In this document: piece by piece, positions 14,590 through 25,947 of the stretch
How the letters are laid out: every line of letters begins with the position of its first letter
Position numbering within the stretch: position 1 is the first letter of the stretch
Source: Camelus dromedarius
Taxonomy: Eukaryota
Length of the DNA: 64,000 bases
Direction: 5' to 3'
NCBI RefSeq assembly: GCF_036321535.1
Contig: NC_087437.1
Location: forward strand, 79,176,001-79,240,000
Notes under the pieces: model-generated
Told to the model about the DNA's origin: nothing
Database searches by the model: none
The model's input: the letters and a program-made list of their open reading frames with translations, nothing else
Program-made: the position numbers and the translations under genes

Positions 14590-15205
14590 TATCATCTCAC
14601 TGGATGTGCCTCACTGTCTCATTCAGAGTAAAAGCCAAATCTTCTAATGGTCTGCAGGTGCCATATCATCTGGATCCTCTTTATACTTCTTGGATCTTAT
14701 TTACTCTATATTTCCTTATTCATTCTGATTAAGCAACACTGATTTTCACTGATCTTCTTATTGTTCTTCAAACATACCAAGACTTCTGCCACCCAAAGAC
14801 CTTTGTGCTAGCTCTTTCCTCTATCCTGGAAGGCTTTCCCCCAAAGACCCACATTTAACTTCACCCACCCCAACCCTGCCCCCTGCAAACACTTGCTGAA
14901 ATGTTAGCTTCTTGAGTGGCCTATCCTAACTACCATATTTAAAGTTAAACCACCCCTTATGCATTTTCTGGTGCTCTCTAGCCCCTTTCCTTGTCTTTTA
15001 TCTACATTATTTATTACCTTCTAATAAATCATATACTTCACACATATTTCACATATTGTCTCACTGCCCCCAGGAGAATCTAAAATCTATGAAGCCAGAG
15101 GATTTTCTCTCCTTAGTCCTCTGATATATCCTTAATGTTTATAAAAGTGCCCTAGAACAAAAGAGGCATTCAGCGAACATTCACAGAATGCATAAATATG
15201 TGAAT
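14590..15205 (+). mobile_element. LINE-2 (L2a) 3' end
   Basis: cattcagagtaaaagccaaatc...gttcttcaaacataccaa...ctttgtgctagctctttcctct...aaagtgccctagaacaaaagaggcattca. Confidence 0.75.
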
Positions 15206-16279
15206 GTAAATAATAGGAATTCAAAAGTTTTGGCTGAATGTATAATGAATAAAAGAACACGAAAGTTTCTGAGCTGGGTTTGGAGTGAGAGTTTTCTAAC
15301 AGCAAGGAAATAAAAACCTGGGTGAAGTTGGGGAGGTAAGCAGACCTTTGATAAATGGTTGTTCTGTAGATTACAGGTAGCCATGTTAGTTAAGCAGGAA
15401 GATTCCATGATCAGGTCTTTGCTTATATCTTTGCATCAATGTACAGATTGGCTCTGAAGGGAGGAAGTTCAGAGGCAGAAAGAGCAGTGTACACCAAGGG
15501 TTAGGTATAAGGCCCTGGAATAATGTAGGAGGTAGCAGGGGAGATTTCAACCTTTGTGTAGAATAACTGACTGTTGAAATTGTCTGTGTAAAGCAATGCT
15601 CACAGACACTTTACCTAGGCAGAACTTGATCTGTTCTTGCAGCCCATGTTGCTGAGAACTTGAGGAGTGCTGGACAGCCTATAGCCCAGGAAACAGAACT
15701 CTTTGTGGAATACTAGACTCCTTTATAATGAAAATATCCTTGGAATAGACAGAAATTAATATTAATGCTTTAGCAACTCTATAGCTTCTGATTCATTGCC
15801 CAAATAGAGCAATTTTGGCAGCATGAATAAAGCCCATACCAGGGAGGGAAGCACTTATTTACTGAATAATTACCAGTGAAGACTAATTCTCACCTCTTTC
15901 AGTACTGAGGAAGATTTGCAAAGAAGGACCAGAGAAATCATAGAGTCGTACCACATAATCTAATCCAGTCATACGTTTGTCTTCATCCAGGGTGAAAGAG
16001 AACATAGGAAAATAGAAAAATGCCAAGCAATACAAATCTAAGAAATAAAGAGACAGTCCTTCTGAAACGCTTCTTTATTTGGGCATTTCATGTTCTGAAG
16101 GTTAGACCTATTATAAACTCACAAGCTCTGCAAAAGAAAATACCATCCATCCCTGCTTTATGTAGAAACTGACAGAATTTGTTCAATACGGTAAGCGTTA
16201 CCTCTAGTATGCAGATTGTCACTGAGGAAATATATCGATTGTGATAAGATGTCTTCAGTCACATGTAAGAGTAAGAATG

Positions 16280-16398
16280 TGTGGTAATGGACATTAGACT
16301 TATTCTGGTGACCATTATCTGATATATACATATTTTGAATTCATTTATGTTGTACACCTGAAACTAATGTTACATGTCAGTTATACCTCAATAAAACA
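16280..16398 (+). mobile_element. Short L1 3' end with TSD
   Basis: atgttgtacacctgaaactaatgttacatgtcagttatacctcaataaaa. TSD aagagtaag(g)aatg at 16267-16279 and 16399-16412 (one indel). Confidence 0.85.
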
Positions 16399-16908
16399 AA
16401 GAGTAAGGAATGATAAAACTGAATACTTTAACAAATTTTAGAGTAGGAAATTGAAGGAATTAGGCTTCCCATATCTGCAAAATCCAGGACAAGAACAGGA
16501 TCTGAGTACCAGATTTCCTGAGCCCAGCTGGAGTTTAAGAGTCTGGACAAACGACTTCCCCACAGTACGAGTCCTTAGGACACAGAATATTGTTAGAAAA
16601 ATATTTTTCAAAATGTGTTCTATAGTCAACTAAGCTTGAAAATGTCCCCATGCTGCATCTCTCCCTAGAGATTTATAACATATTAAACATTAAAATTTCT
16701 GAGAAATCATATGGGAGACACCAAAATTTTTTTTAAAAACATGAATAAATATTAGTCTCTTTACATTTGTTCAGCTAAGGTTTTCCAAATCTACTTGACA
16801 ATGGAACCCTTTTTATTATGTAACATACTGCTCTCTCCAAGAAACTTTTGGTAAAATTACGCCCTGGAAGCAAAGTTGTGTCTATATTATCTTTGCACTT
16901 ATAGTGTT

Positions 16909-17247
16909 TGTCTTAGTCCATTTTGGCTACTTTGAGACAATATCATAGACTGGGTGCCTTATAAACAACAGAAATTTATTTCTCATAGTTCTGGAGGGTG
17001 GAAGTGAGAGGTCAGGGTGCCAGCATGCTCTGATGAGGGCCCTCTCCCAGGTCGCATACTCCTCATTGTAAGGGGCAAGCTACCTCTCTGAAGCCTCTTT
17101 TTATAAGGGCTTTTATTCTATTCATTTGGGCTCTGCCCTCATGACCTAATTACCTCCCAAAGGCCCCACCTCATACTATCATTACCTTGGGCATTAGGTT
17201 TTCAAGGTATGAATTTTGGGGGAACACAAACATTCAGACTACAGTCA
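16909..17247 (-). mobile_element. MaLR solo LTR (MLT1A-like)
   Basis: tgtcttagtccattttggct...catagactgggtgccttataaacaacagaaatttatttctcatagttctggagg...atgacctaattacctcccaaaggccccacc...aacattcagac. Confidence 0.9.
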
Positions 17248-18029
17248 GCATCTTTCATATCTGTGGGATGAATACACATGCTTCTAAGTATCTCATCTAA
17301 AATTAGCAATTTGTCCATTGGGTAATAGACAAACATTATCTCAAGATATTTTCTGTTCCTTCTTTCTGTTATTGGCATTCTGTGTCTTTTTTAAATAGCT
17401 ACCAATTTTCAGAGAATGCGTGTCATAAAAAAATCAATAGTTTTTGTTTCATAGGTAGAGTTCTTGAAAAATTCAGAAGGAAAGTGATATAAATTGCCAG
17501 TAATTAAGGAATGACATTACAGAGCATTGGTGCTAAAACTAAATACTATTCTCTTAATATGTATAACTTAAATAATAAAGTAATAATAGGAAATAATATA
17601 GTTTAGATACAAATATATATACATATATACACATATAAATATAGATATAGATCATTTGACTATGCTTAAAGTTATTTACATAAATTATCAGATGTAATTG
17701 TCAATACAACTCTAAGGGTATATGTGTTTTGTAAACTATAAAACCAAGACTTAGAGAGGTTAAGTTAACTTGCCATAGTTCATGTACTAGGAGAGATAAT
17801 AGAGGTACATGAATAATTTGTATGACTATAGTTAAGGTGACTGTCTGGAAAAATTCCACTTTACCTTGCTTTCCTGTGAAGATAATTAATATTATTACTT
17901 TTTATTATCAATATACCCAGTTTAAACAATAATCTATATAGTCAAGCTATGAATAAACAACATTCAATGGGGTATAAGAAGAGGATCATTATATATCACA
18001 ATGAGAAAATACTTTAATACTTCAGAGAG

Positions 18030-18352
18030 AGATTCAACCATCTGGGATCAAATATTCGGAAAAAAAATTTAAAAATTCCAAAAAGTGAAACTTGAATTTG
18101 CCAAGTGCTGGCAACTATTTACATAGTATTCACATTATATTTACATTATTTCCATAGCATTCATTGTATTAGGTTTTATGAGCAATTTAGAGATGATTTA
18201 ATATCAAGACGATTTAAAGTATGCAGAAGGATGTGTGTGTAGGTTATATGTAAATACAACTGCCATTTTATATAAGAGAATTTAGCATCCAAGGATTTTG
18301 GTCTCTGAGGGAACCAATGGAACCAGTTCTAAGATACTGAAGGACAACTGTA
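18030..18352. mobile_element. MER2-like TcMar-Tigger element
   Basis: cattgtattaggt...tagagatgattta...aggatgtg...taggttatatgtaaatac...gcatccaaggattttgg; TIR gatactgaaggacaactg followed by TA. Confidence 0.85.
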
Positions 18353-19010
18353 CTGTTCTAAAATACTCCATGGATATTAGCTTAACAGAAATAATCTTCT
18401 GAGGACAAGTGTAAATTCATGCCTAAGTAGTAACAGAATTAAACTTTTTTCATTTATGTAATGATTTGTGCTTTCTAGGGCATGATGAAAAATAGCATAT
18501 TTCATGGGAAATTCCATCCTAAACATCCATTAATTTTCTTAAATATTGGTATGGGGCCCTGTGAGTCATTGTATGAAGGTTCTGTTCACTTGAAATCAGA
18601 TGCTAAAATTTGCTCAAAAGTACTAGCTGAATAGTGTGAAATAAATTTTCTTAATAGGTGAAGATCAAGTGATAGGTACATGCAAACTGCAGTAGAAGAG
18701 GCTCTTAACCAATCATCCCCTTCCAGCAGCTTTTTACCTTGAGCCTCTCCTTCCTAACCACACACTTCGGAATTGTAATCAGTTCTGCAACCTGTTCCTC
18801 ACCTTCCACTCAACCCTGAACCCACTCCAGTTGGTCTTCTGTCTCCACCACTTTCCTAAACCAAGTCTCACATAAAAATACCAATGACTTTCACATCATT
18901 ACATTACTCAGGAGTGTACTAATTCCCATGTGACTTTAAGTCTCCGTAGCATTAAGCAAAAACATTTACTTCTTAAATGTTTTTTAACACTTAAATGTTT
19001 TAACACTCCC

Positions 19011-19036
19011 TTTTTTTTTTTTTTTTTTTTTTTTTT
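19011..19036. repeat. Poly-T (26 nt)
   Basis: Read directly; lies in L2-like sequence. Confidence 0.95.
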
Positions 19037-20454
19037 GATATAGACTCTTCTTATTTCCTTTCTGCTCTGGAAAATCCTTCTGTATCTTTTTTCTTGTTAT
19101 TGTTGTCTTAAATTATTTTATCCAAGCTTATTTTTTTAGCATTTTCATTAGACCATTTCATGTATTCCAAGACTTCAAATATTATCGATAAACAAATTGA
19201 CACCAAACTTTATATCTCTAGCTTATGTTTAAGTCAACACATATTTATTGAATCTGCTGTTTTCCAGTTATACAGTGGTAAGCAAGACAGTATGACTATT
19301 GTCTTTGTACTCTAGTAGTAGAAACATTAAAGTCAATAAAATTATACACATATAAGCATGCCTAAAATTATAAGGTCTGTGAATGAAATTTATCTTATAA
19401 TTGTCTTGAGATCTCAGGATCTGAGATCTCAGAAATCTGAGCTGTTCCTTTAAATTTGATGTGATCTTTTTGGCCAATTTTCAAATGGGCTAATGGGGAC
19501 TTTAACAAAGATGTTCTCAAAATGGACAGTGCTTATTAGATGTCTGCATATTATTCCCCATTAAAGCAACAGTGAAAACCCTCTTCCATGCCCATGTGTT
19601 TTTCAAGAACTAATGAAATGTACTGCAATTAGACTCAAAAATGGCAATTAAGGGGAAAAAAGGGAGAACTGAATCTGATTTCTCAGAGAAAATAGTGACA
19701 AAAGCAAAGTCTATTATAGGAAAAAGCTTTAGAGTGAAAGCCATGAAAGTATCGAAGGGAATGAGAAAGAACGAAACTCGGAGAAAAAGCTGAAACAATT
19801 GGATATTTCTTGGGGCTCAGAAATAATTTATGAGGCCAATTCTTACATAAAAACAGTGTGATACTTGATATTTGAAAAGTCCTTCAACACTCTTATTCTT
19901 TTCAACATGATCATATGCAATAGTTAAACAATTGTTGAGAAGCCTATATGCATTGGCTGAAACCCCAGGAACAGTGAAAACTGTAATTTGTTTTTGTTAT
20001 AACTTCCTTTGCACTCATTCAATAAAGCTCTCTAGGAGCAGTATAATTGTAAAATAGATTTCTATGTTTTTCAGATGTTAACCATAGCCAGGGAGGTACA
20101 AACTTCTTGATGGAAAATACTTAGATATTTTTTTTCCCTAGTATCCTAACACAACTGCTCACATATTCTAATGAAACAACTGCCAAAAAGGATATTATTT
20201 TAAATTTGAAAATTTTTAATTTGAGTAGCTTTCATTTGATATATGATCAGTCAAAATTAGCATTGTCGTAGATATAGGGAGATGTCACCGTAAGTTTTCA
20301 ACAGAAAAGTTTGCAGTCCAGCTTTGGAGTAAGGTCAGAAGACCATTTTGGGCTGCCAGCTAAAAGGGTTTGCCTCAGCAGCAGAGAGAGATCTGGCTCC
20401 CCAAGTGTAACTCACACTTGGTGACTGAGTCAGGCATCTAAGCAAGGAATAAAG

Positions 20455-20763
20455 AAGGGGTGTGCAAGCTTTTTCTGTAAAGGAACACACAGTAAATATT
20501 CCGGGCTGTACAAGCTATAGTCTCAGCTTTGTTCTTGTAGCCCCAGAGCAGCCAAAGATTATACATAATGGGTAAACTTGGCTGTGTTCCAATAAAACTG
20601 TATTTATGAACATTGAAATTTCAATTTCATATTATTTTTATATTTCACAAAATATTGATCTTCTTTTGATTTTTTCCAACCATTTAAAACTGTGAAAAAA
20701 TATTCTTAGCTCACAGGCTATATATAGCCAGGTGGCAGGCTGGTCAGAGTTTGCTGACCCCTG
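20455..20763. mobile_element. MER58B-like hAT-Charlie element
   Basis: ttttctgtaaagg...agtaaatatt...ggctgtgttccaataaaact...attcttagctcacaggct...agtttgctgacccctg. Confidence 0.88.
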
Positions 20764-20789
20764 GCACAAGGGCCCCATTTCTGCAGACT

Positions 20790-20990
20790 GTGGGATGCTC
20801 TCATGAGGAATGCTTGCTCAAGAGCTCGTTGCCAAGTTCTCTGAGTGTCTGGTGGGCTTGTGATGCGCTTTGACTTTTTCCTCTGCTCAACCTGCTGGCT
20901 CCTCTTCCCTTTACAGGTTGATCCCTAATAAACATCTTACATCCTAAACTCTGTCCCAACATCTGCTGCTTGAGAACCCAGCATGAGACA
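20790..20990 (+). mobile_element. ERVL LTR16A-like 3' part
   Basis: ccctaataaacatcttacatcctaaactctgtcccaacatctgctgcttgagaacccagcatgagaca. Confidence 0.7.
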
Positions 20991-23079
20991 CGCATGAATT
21001 GATGCTGTCAGGTTTTTTCTCCTCTAAAGATGGGCAGATTTAATATCCCATTTTTCATGACCACTATTGACTCAGAGAAACATGAAGGAGGGAAGGAGCA
21101 ATCTCCCTCTACCTACAGGCAGAACAAGCTATGTGTGTGGAAGTCTAGGGAAAAAGAAAAAATAGTATATAATAAAGAATGGGACTGGTAAGCACAAACT
21201 CCTAGATTGGATTTTGAATATTAACATTTGCTTACTTCACTATGGCCTTTTCATATTCATTATAGGTTCATCTTGTAGGATCTCCAAATAGTTGACTCCA
21301 TTTTCTACCAGACTGTCCGGTAAATTTTACTGCCAACAGTCATCCACTTCTAGTTTCCTTTTATAAGACTAAGCAATCTCCTTTACTTTTAGCTTTGTTG
21401 AAGTTTTTTTCCCCATTTATAAAACCTCCTTCCCTTTCCATTATCCTCATTTATATATTTAGGTCCCCATCTCATCCCTCCATTACACCCTTGGTGACAC
21501 ATTGAGGCCACTTGTTTCTCAAAGTTTATCTAATATGAATCTTATTCCAAATGAGTTCTTGCTATTCTGCCACTTAGCAAGTACTTGATTTTTTTAAATA
21601 TATTAAATATGGACAGTAGTTTTATCTTCACCCTCTTCCTTATATTAGCATCTAAATACTTTATTCTGTAGGAGAAAATCTACTAAAATCTACTATTTGG
21701 CAGCTAACAAGAGGGGTAATTTGGAGTGTGGGAGGCTACCTTCAGACCATATGGAGACTTCAACAAGAAAGAATAACCCTGGCAGCACATTGTTCCTCTT
21801 CATAAGTTATTTAACTCTGAACTCTGGATATAGCAGTAATGTTACTGGTAGTCATTAGTCAGAGGAAACACAATTTCAGTTGATCGCTACTTTCATGTTA
21901 GTTTTCTTCATTGATTCTAAAGAATAAACATAAATGATTCCCAAAGTGTTGTTTACTTTTGTTATCATCACCGATTGATGTAATAAAGTTTGTACATGTC
22001 TTTTGCTTTGTAGTACCTGTTGCTTAAGCATGTGTTCAATTCTTCTTCAGTCTTCAGTAGTCTACCTCCTTCCTTTTGTTTTACTTAGTAAATAAATGAA
22101 AATACTTAAAGTATATGCACCTACTCGCTCATCTACTTTTGTGTGTCATTTCATCTACTTTTGCAGTTACATTTTTACTCTCATGTTTTCTGTAAAAGTT
22201 CCCTTCTTAAAGTAAATAATGTTACAAAAAGAAACTTTGATCAACAAGTGTGACAGTAAGCCATTTACACAGTCAATTAGAGAAGCAAAAAATGAAAGGC
22301 AACCCTGTCCTGATTCCTCAACATCTATTGTTCCCAGGTGGCCAGGCAAATTGTTAGTGCAAGTGATGCTCACTGTTGAATCCTGGCAAATTTTTAACTG
22401 TGATATAGTCTGTGAAATTCTATCTATGCACCAATACAAATGCAAGCAATATTCACAAATTCATGACATTCCTGAAATAGGTTTTGAGAAACATGTTTGC
22501 TATACATTATAGGGAAAATACGCAGTTTTAGTAATACTTATTTTACTTGATTAAAATGTAATGTCTATTTATTCCAGAAAATTGAAAATACTCTAAAGTA
22601 CAAAGAAGAAAATTTAAAATATCCATAACTCCATAATAAAATGCATATTTTATGTGTGTGTGTATGCATGTGTATTTAGACTTATATACACACTATGGAA
22701 ATCACCCAGGGTATTCATTTTTCAGATTAGCATCTGGTATGGTCCAAGAAATTGAATGACTAACTTATTTGTGTACTGTATCTTGGCAGCCAAATTGAAT
22801 AAACTAAACACCAGGCAATTAAGAAAAATAAGTTAAGCCTATTTATTAGGTGGAAAATACTTTTTTTCACTGTCTGTCTGTCTACATTATCTAATCAGAA
22901 CAGGTCTATCATCTTTTTTCTCTAACTAGAGAGCATGCTACATTAGGGCAAAGTCAGCAAAATATGGGATCACCACATTTTCCCAGGAATGCCAGGCACA
23001 AATCAAGTGTTCAGTGAATATTTATGGGGACGTAAATGTGGATGAGTGACTGCAGTATACCATCAGCTCCTTGCTGTAC

Positions 23080-23265
23080 CGGAGGCTAGGACAGGCTCTG
23101 TGAATCCTGAAATTTATACTATTGGAAATCCTCTTTAAGAAAAAGAATACAGAAATAAATAACTATGAAGACACACGTACAAAATTTAAAGACATCTTTT
23201 AGGGACTAGAAAAAGACCTTTGCAAAGGAGGAGCCCTGAAGCTTAAGTTAATAACTCCTAGGACT
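23080..23265. mobile_element. MER53-like hAT MITE
   Basis: cctgaaatttatact...cctctttaagaaaaagaatac...gccctgaagcttaag. Confidence 0.7.
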
Positions 23266-23797
23266 CCATTATACTTGGCATACGTTTTTAATATTTTTGT
23301 CTTGTCACAATCTGCCCTGTTTTTTTTCTCTTTGTCTCTGCATTTTTTTAGCTATATAAATTCAATATTCTATTGAATCTTCTTGTATGTGAATGCTGAG
23401 ATTTTATTTCGTTGGAAGATATTTTATTTGGTTCTTCCCTCATGGTCTCTTCTTTTGAATTACTGTGATTTTTTATATGTGTTATGATTACTTTTCATTT
23501 TCTCATTCTTATAAAAGAGATTCTACACTCATACAGCATTAGATATTGTGATTAAATCTCTCAGAAATTCTGTTGCTTACTGTCCTCTTTAACACCCATA
23601 TGAGTTTTGAAATGCTCAAATATACCCATATTACTTTGCCAGAATTGTATGCTTGCTTCTTTTCATCTCTAGGGCAGCTTGGCACTGCCTGGGATGCAGT
23701 GCCCTTGTTCTGCCCCTTGTATCTGATGTTGCTACCTTGTCAAGAGATAATCACTATTATGGCATTATTACCAGGTTTTTTTTTTCCATTTTCTAGA

Positions 23798-24085
23798 GAT
23801 GCACTCTCCAATAGAAATATACTGTGAGCACCAAGACAGAGTGACACATGTAGTTTTAAATTGTCTTGTGGCTACTTTTAAAAAATCAAGAATAAACAGG
23901 TGAAATGATTTTAATGCTATGTTTTTCTAAACCAGTATGTCCAAAGTGTTATCATTTCAAAATGCAGTTGATATAAAAATTATTGAGATGTTTTAAATTC
24001 TTTTTGCATTCTAAGTCTTTGAAATAGAGTATTTTGACTAGTCACATTTCAAGTACTAAATAGGAACAAATGGCTTGCAGCGCAG
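23798..24085. mobile_element. MER33-like hAT-Charlie element
   Basis: tccaatagaaatatactgtgagc...aaacaggtgaaat...tatcatttcaa...actagtcacatttcaagtact. Confidence 0.8.
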
Positions 24086-25557
24086 GTTTCAAGCTCTTTG
24101 TGCCAATATAAAGTGATGGTGGCCTCAAGCTCAGCACTGGAGAGTCACATATTCTTGATGTGGTCTCAGACGCTGTGGGTAACAGGCATGATACAACCAG
24201 GCTTCCTTACATGTGAACCCTGGCCTTTCCCTAGTTAAGAGTCCCAGTGAGTTTCTTTTACCACATTTTACTTACCTCTCAAAATAGCGGTCATCTGTCC
24301 ACTATAGTAAGTTAAATGTCTGCTAATCCTTTCTTTAATTTGACACTGGTTGTACTATATTGGCACTATTGTTTTCTCAGTATCTAGCATATAACTGCCA
24401 TTCTTTCTTAGTTTCAAGGAAAAAATGCTGATTTTTCTACTGTATTTATAATAATTTAATAATATCCTTCCCTTTTTATTTTTTAGTTCCAATAAGATCT
24501 AGATTTTAGAAAGTTTAACACTTGTATTGCCTCCATTGAAACCTTAAAAGATAATTTGAATATATTATAGGATAAATGTATTTCTTTTTAAAAAATAGTT
24601 ATTTATTGTGAAACCCAGTACCACTAAAGAAAAAGACAACACGTGTCAGGCTAGCATGCTGTAGTATAAAGAAAAGCAATAAGTAAACAAGATAATAATT
24701 CATATTATAAAAAGAATTCCAAGAGTACTTGTCTTTAGATGTTATACAAATTTCTAGATTTCTTAACCGGGTTGAAATTATCTTTATTACACATTTTGTT
24801 TAACTACTCTTTTACATAATTTTAAGACATATACAGTAATACTTCAAAACTTGCATGGTGTGTGTATGTGTGTGTGTTTTACAATACTGAAAAAGTTACA
24901 TTTGTTAACTCACTTTGAAAGCAAGTGTATGTTCAATGCTTGGAAAATAGACTTGAAATTGTAGGATGCCATCTGTCTAGTAACATAATCAAAAGTTTCC
25001 TAGGCAAATGTCTAAAATAGGTATAGATTTGTATTGCATTTAAAATATAAATATTATTGATTGGTTCATGTTTGACTGATATTTACACAGCACCTCCTAT
25101 GTGTCTAAAACAGTTTAAAAATCATCATATGTTATCTATACAACAGCAGTTTAGTTATCCCTATTTTACAAATTTAAAGGTTGTAGAGTTTGAATATATC
25201 ATGTTCAAAAATACAAAACTCATTAAGTGTTTTACTTCTGCATCCAAGCCCGAGACTCCTTCCAAAACTTACTTTATTCTAAGTTTGCATTTTTTATTTC
25301 TTTCTGTGTTTGAATAGTGGCAAAGATAATAGAAGAGAAGACAGACGCTACTTTCCATTGCTCTTATTTACAAATTGGCTGAAATTATAGTGTAGAAAAA
25401 TGTGTAAATGGAGCATGGTTAAAAGGGAGAAAAACACGCATCTAGCTAGCAATAGAGGTATATTGATAATAGTATTAATAACTGAACACTGCATTTATAT
25501 TACTTCTTACATTTGAATAGACTTTTAAAGACTTTTAAAGCGTTTTCACAAAAAGCC

Positions 25558-25947
25558 TGTTAAAAAAGAATCAACAGGCCCCAAACGGAGTAATTTTTCC
25601 TAAGCCTCTGTCACCAGATCAAGACTTAATACCTAGCCTAATTTCAATTTCAACCTTTCCTTGGAATGTAATCTTAACCGGTCAGTCTAAAGTTTCCTGG
25701 TCAGCACCAGTGGAAATAATCCACCTAATAGAGCCTTCTGTCCCCGAAAGGAAGGTGACCTTGCCTGAAATAATTATTTTTTCCTTTATGACTTCCTTGT
25801 CCCCACTCTGTCTTTAAAAATCTTTCCTTTTTGTGTAAGTCTTTTGAACTTCTTTCTGTATGCTAGATGGGATGCTGCCCAAAGCATGATTTGTCTAATA
25901 AAGCCAATTAGTCTTAAGATTTACTTAGTTGAATTTTGTTTTTAACA
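25558..25947 (+). mobile_element. ERV1-class solo LTR (390 bp) with 4-bp TSD
   Basis: Inverted termini tgttaaaaa...tttttaaca; TSD agcc at 25554-25557 and 25948-25951; internal AATAAA near 25897. Confidence 0.88.

Noticed and set aside
24130..24146. REST/NRSE-like tcagcactggagag
   Set aside because: Half-site spacing and sequence deviate from the canonical motif.
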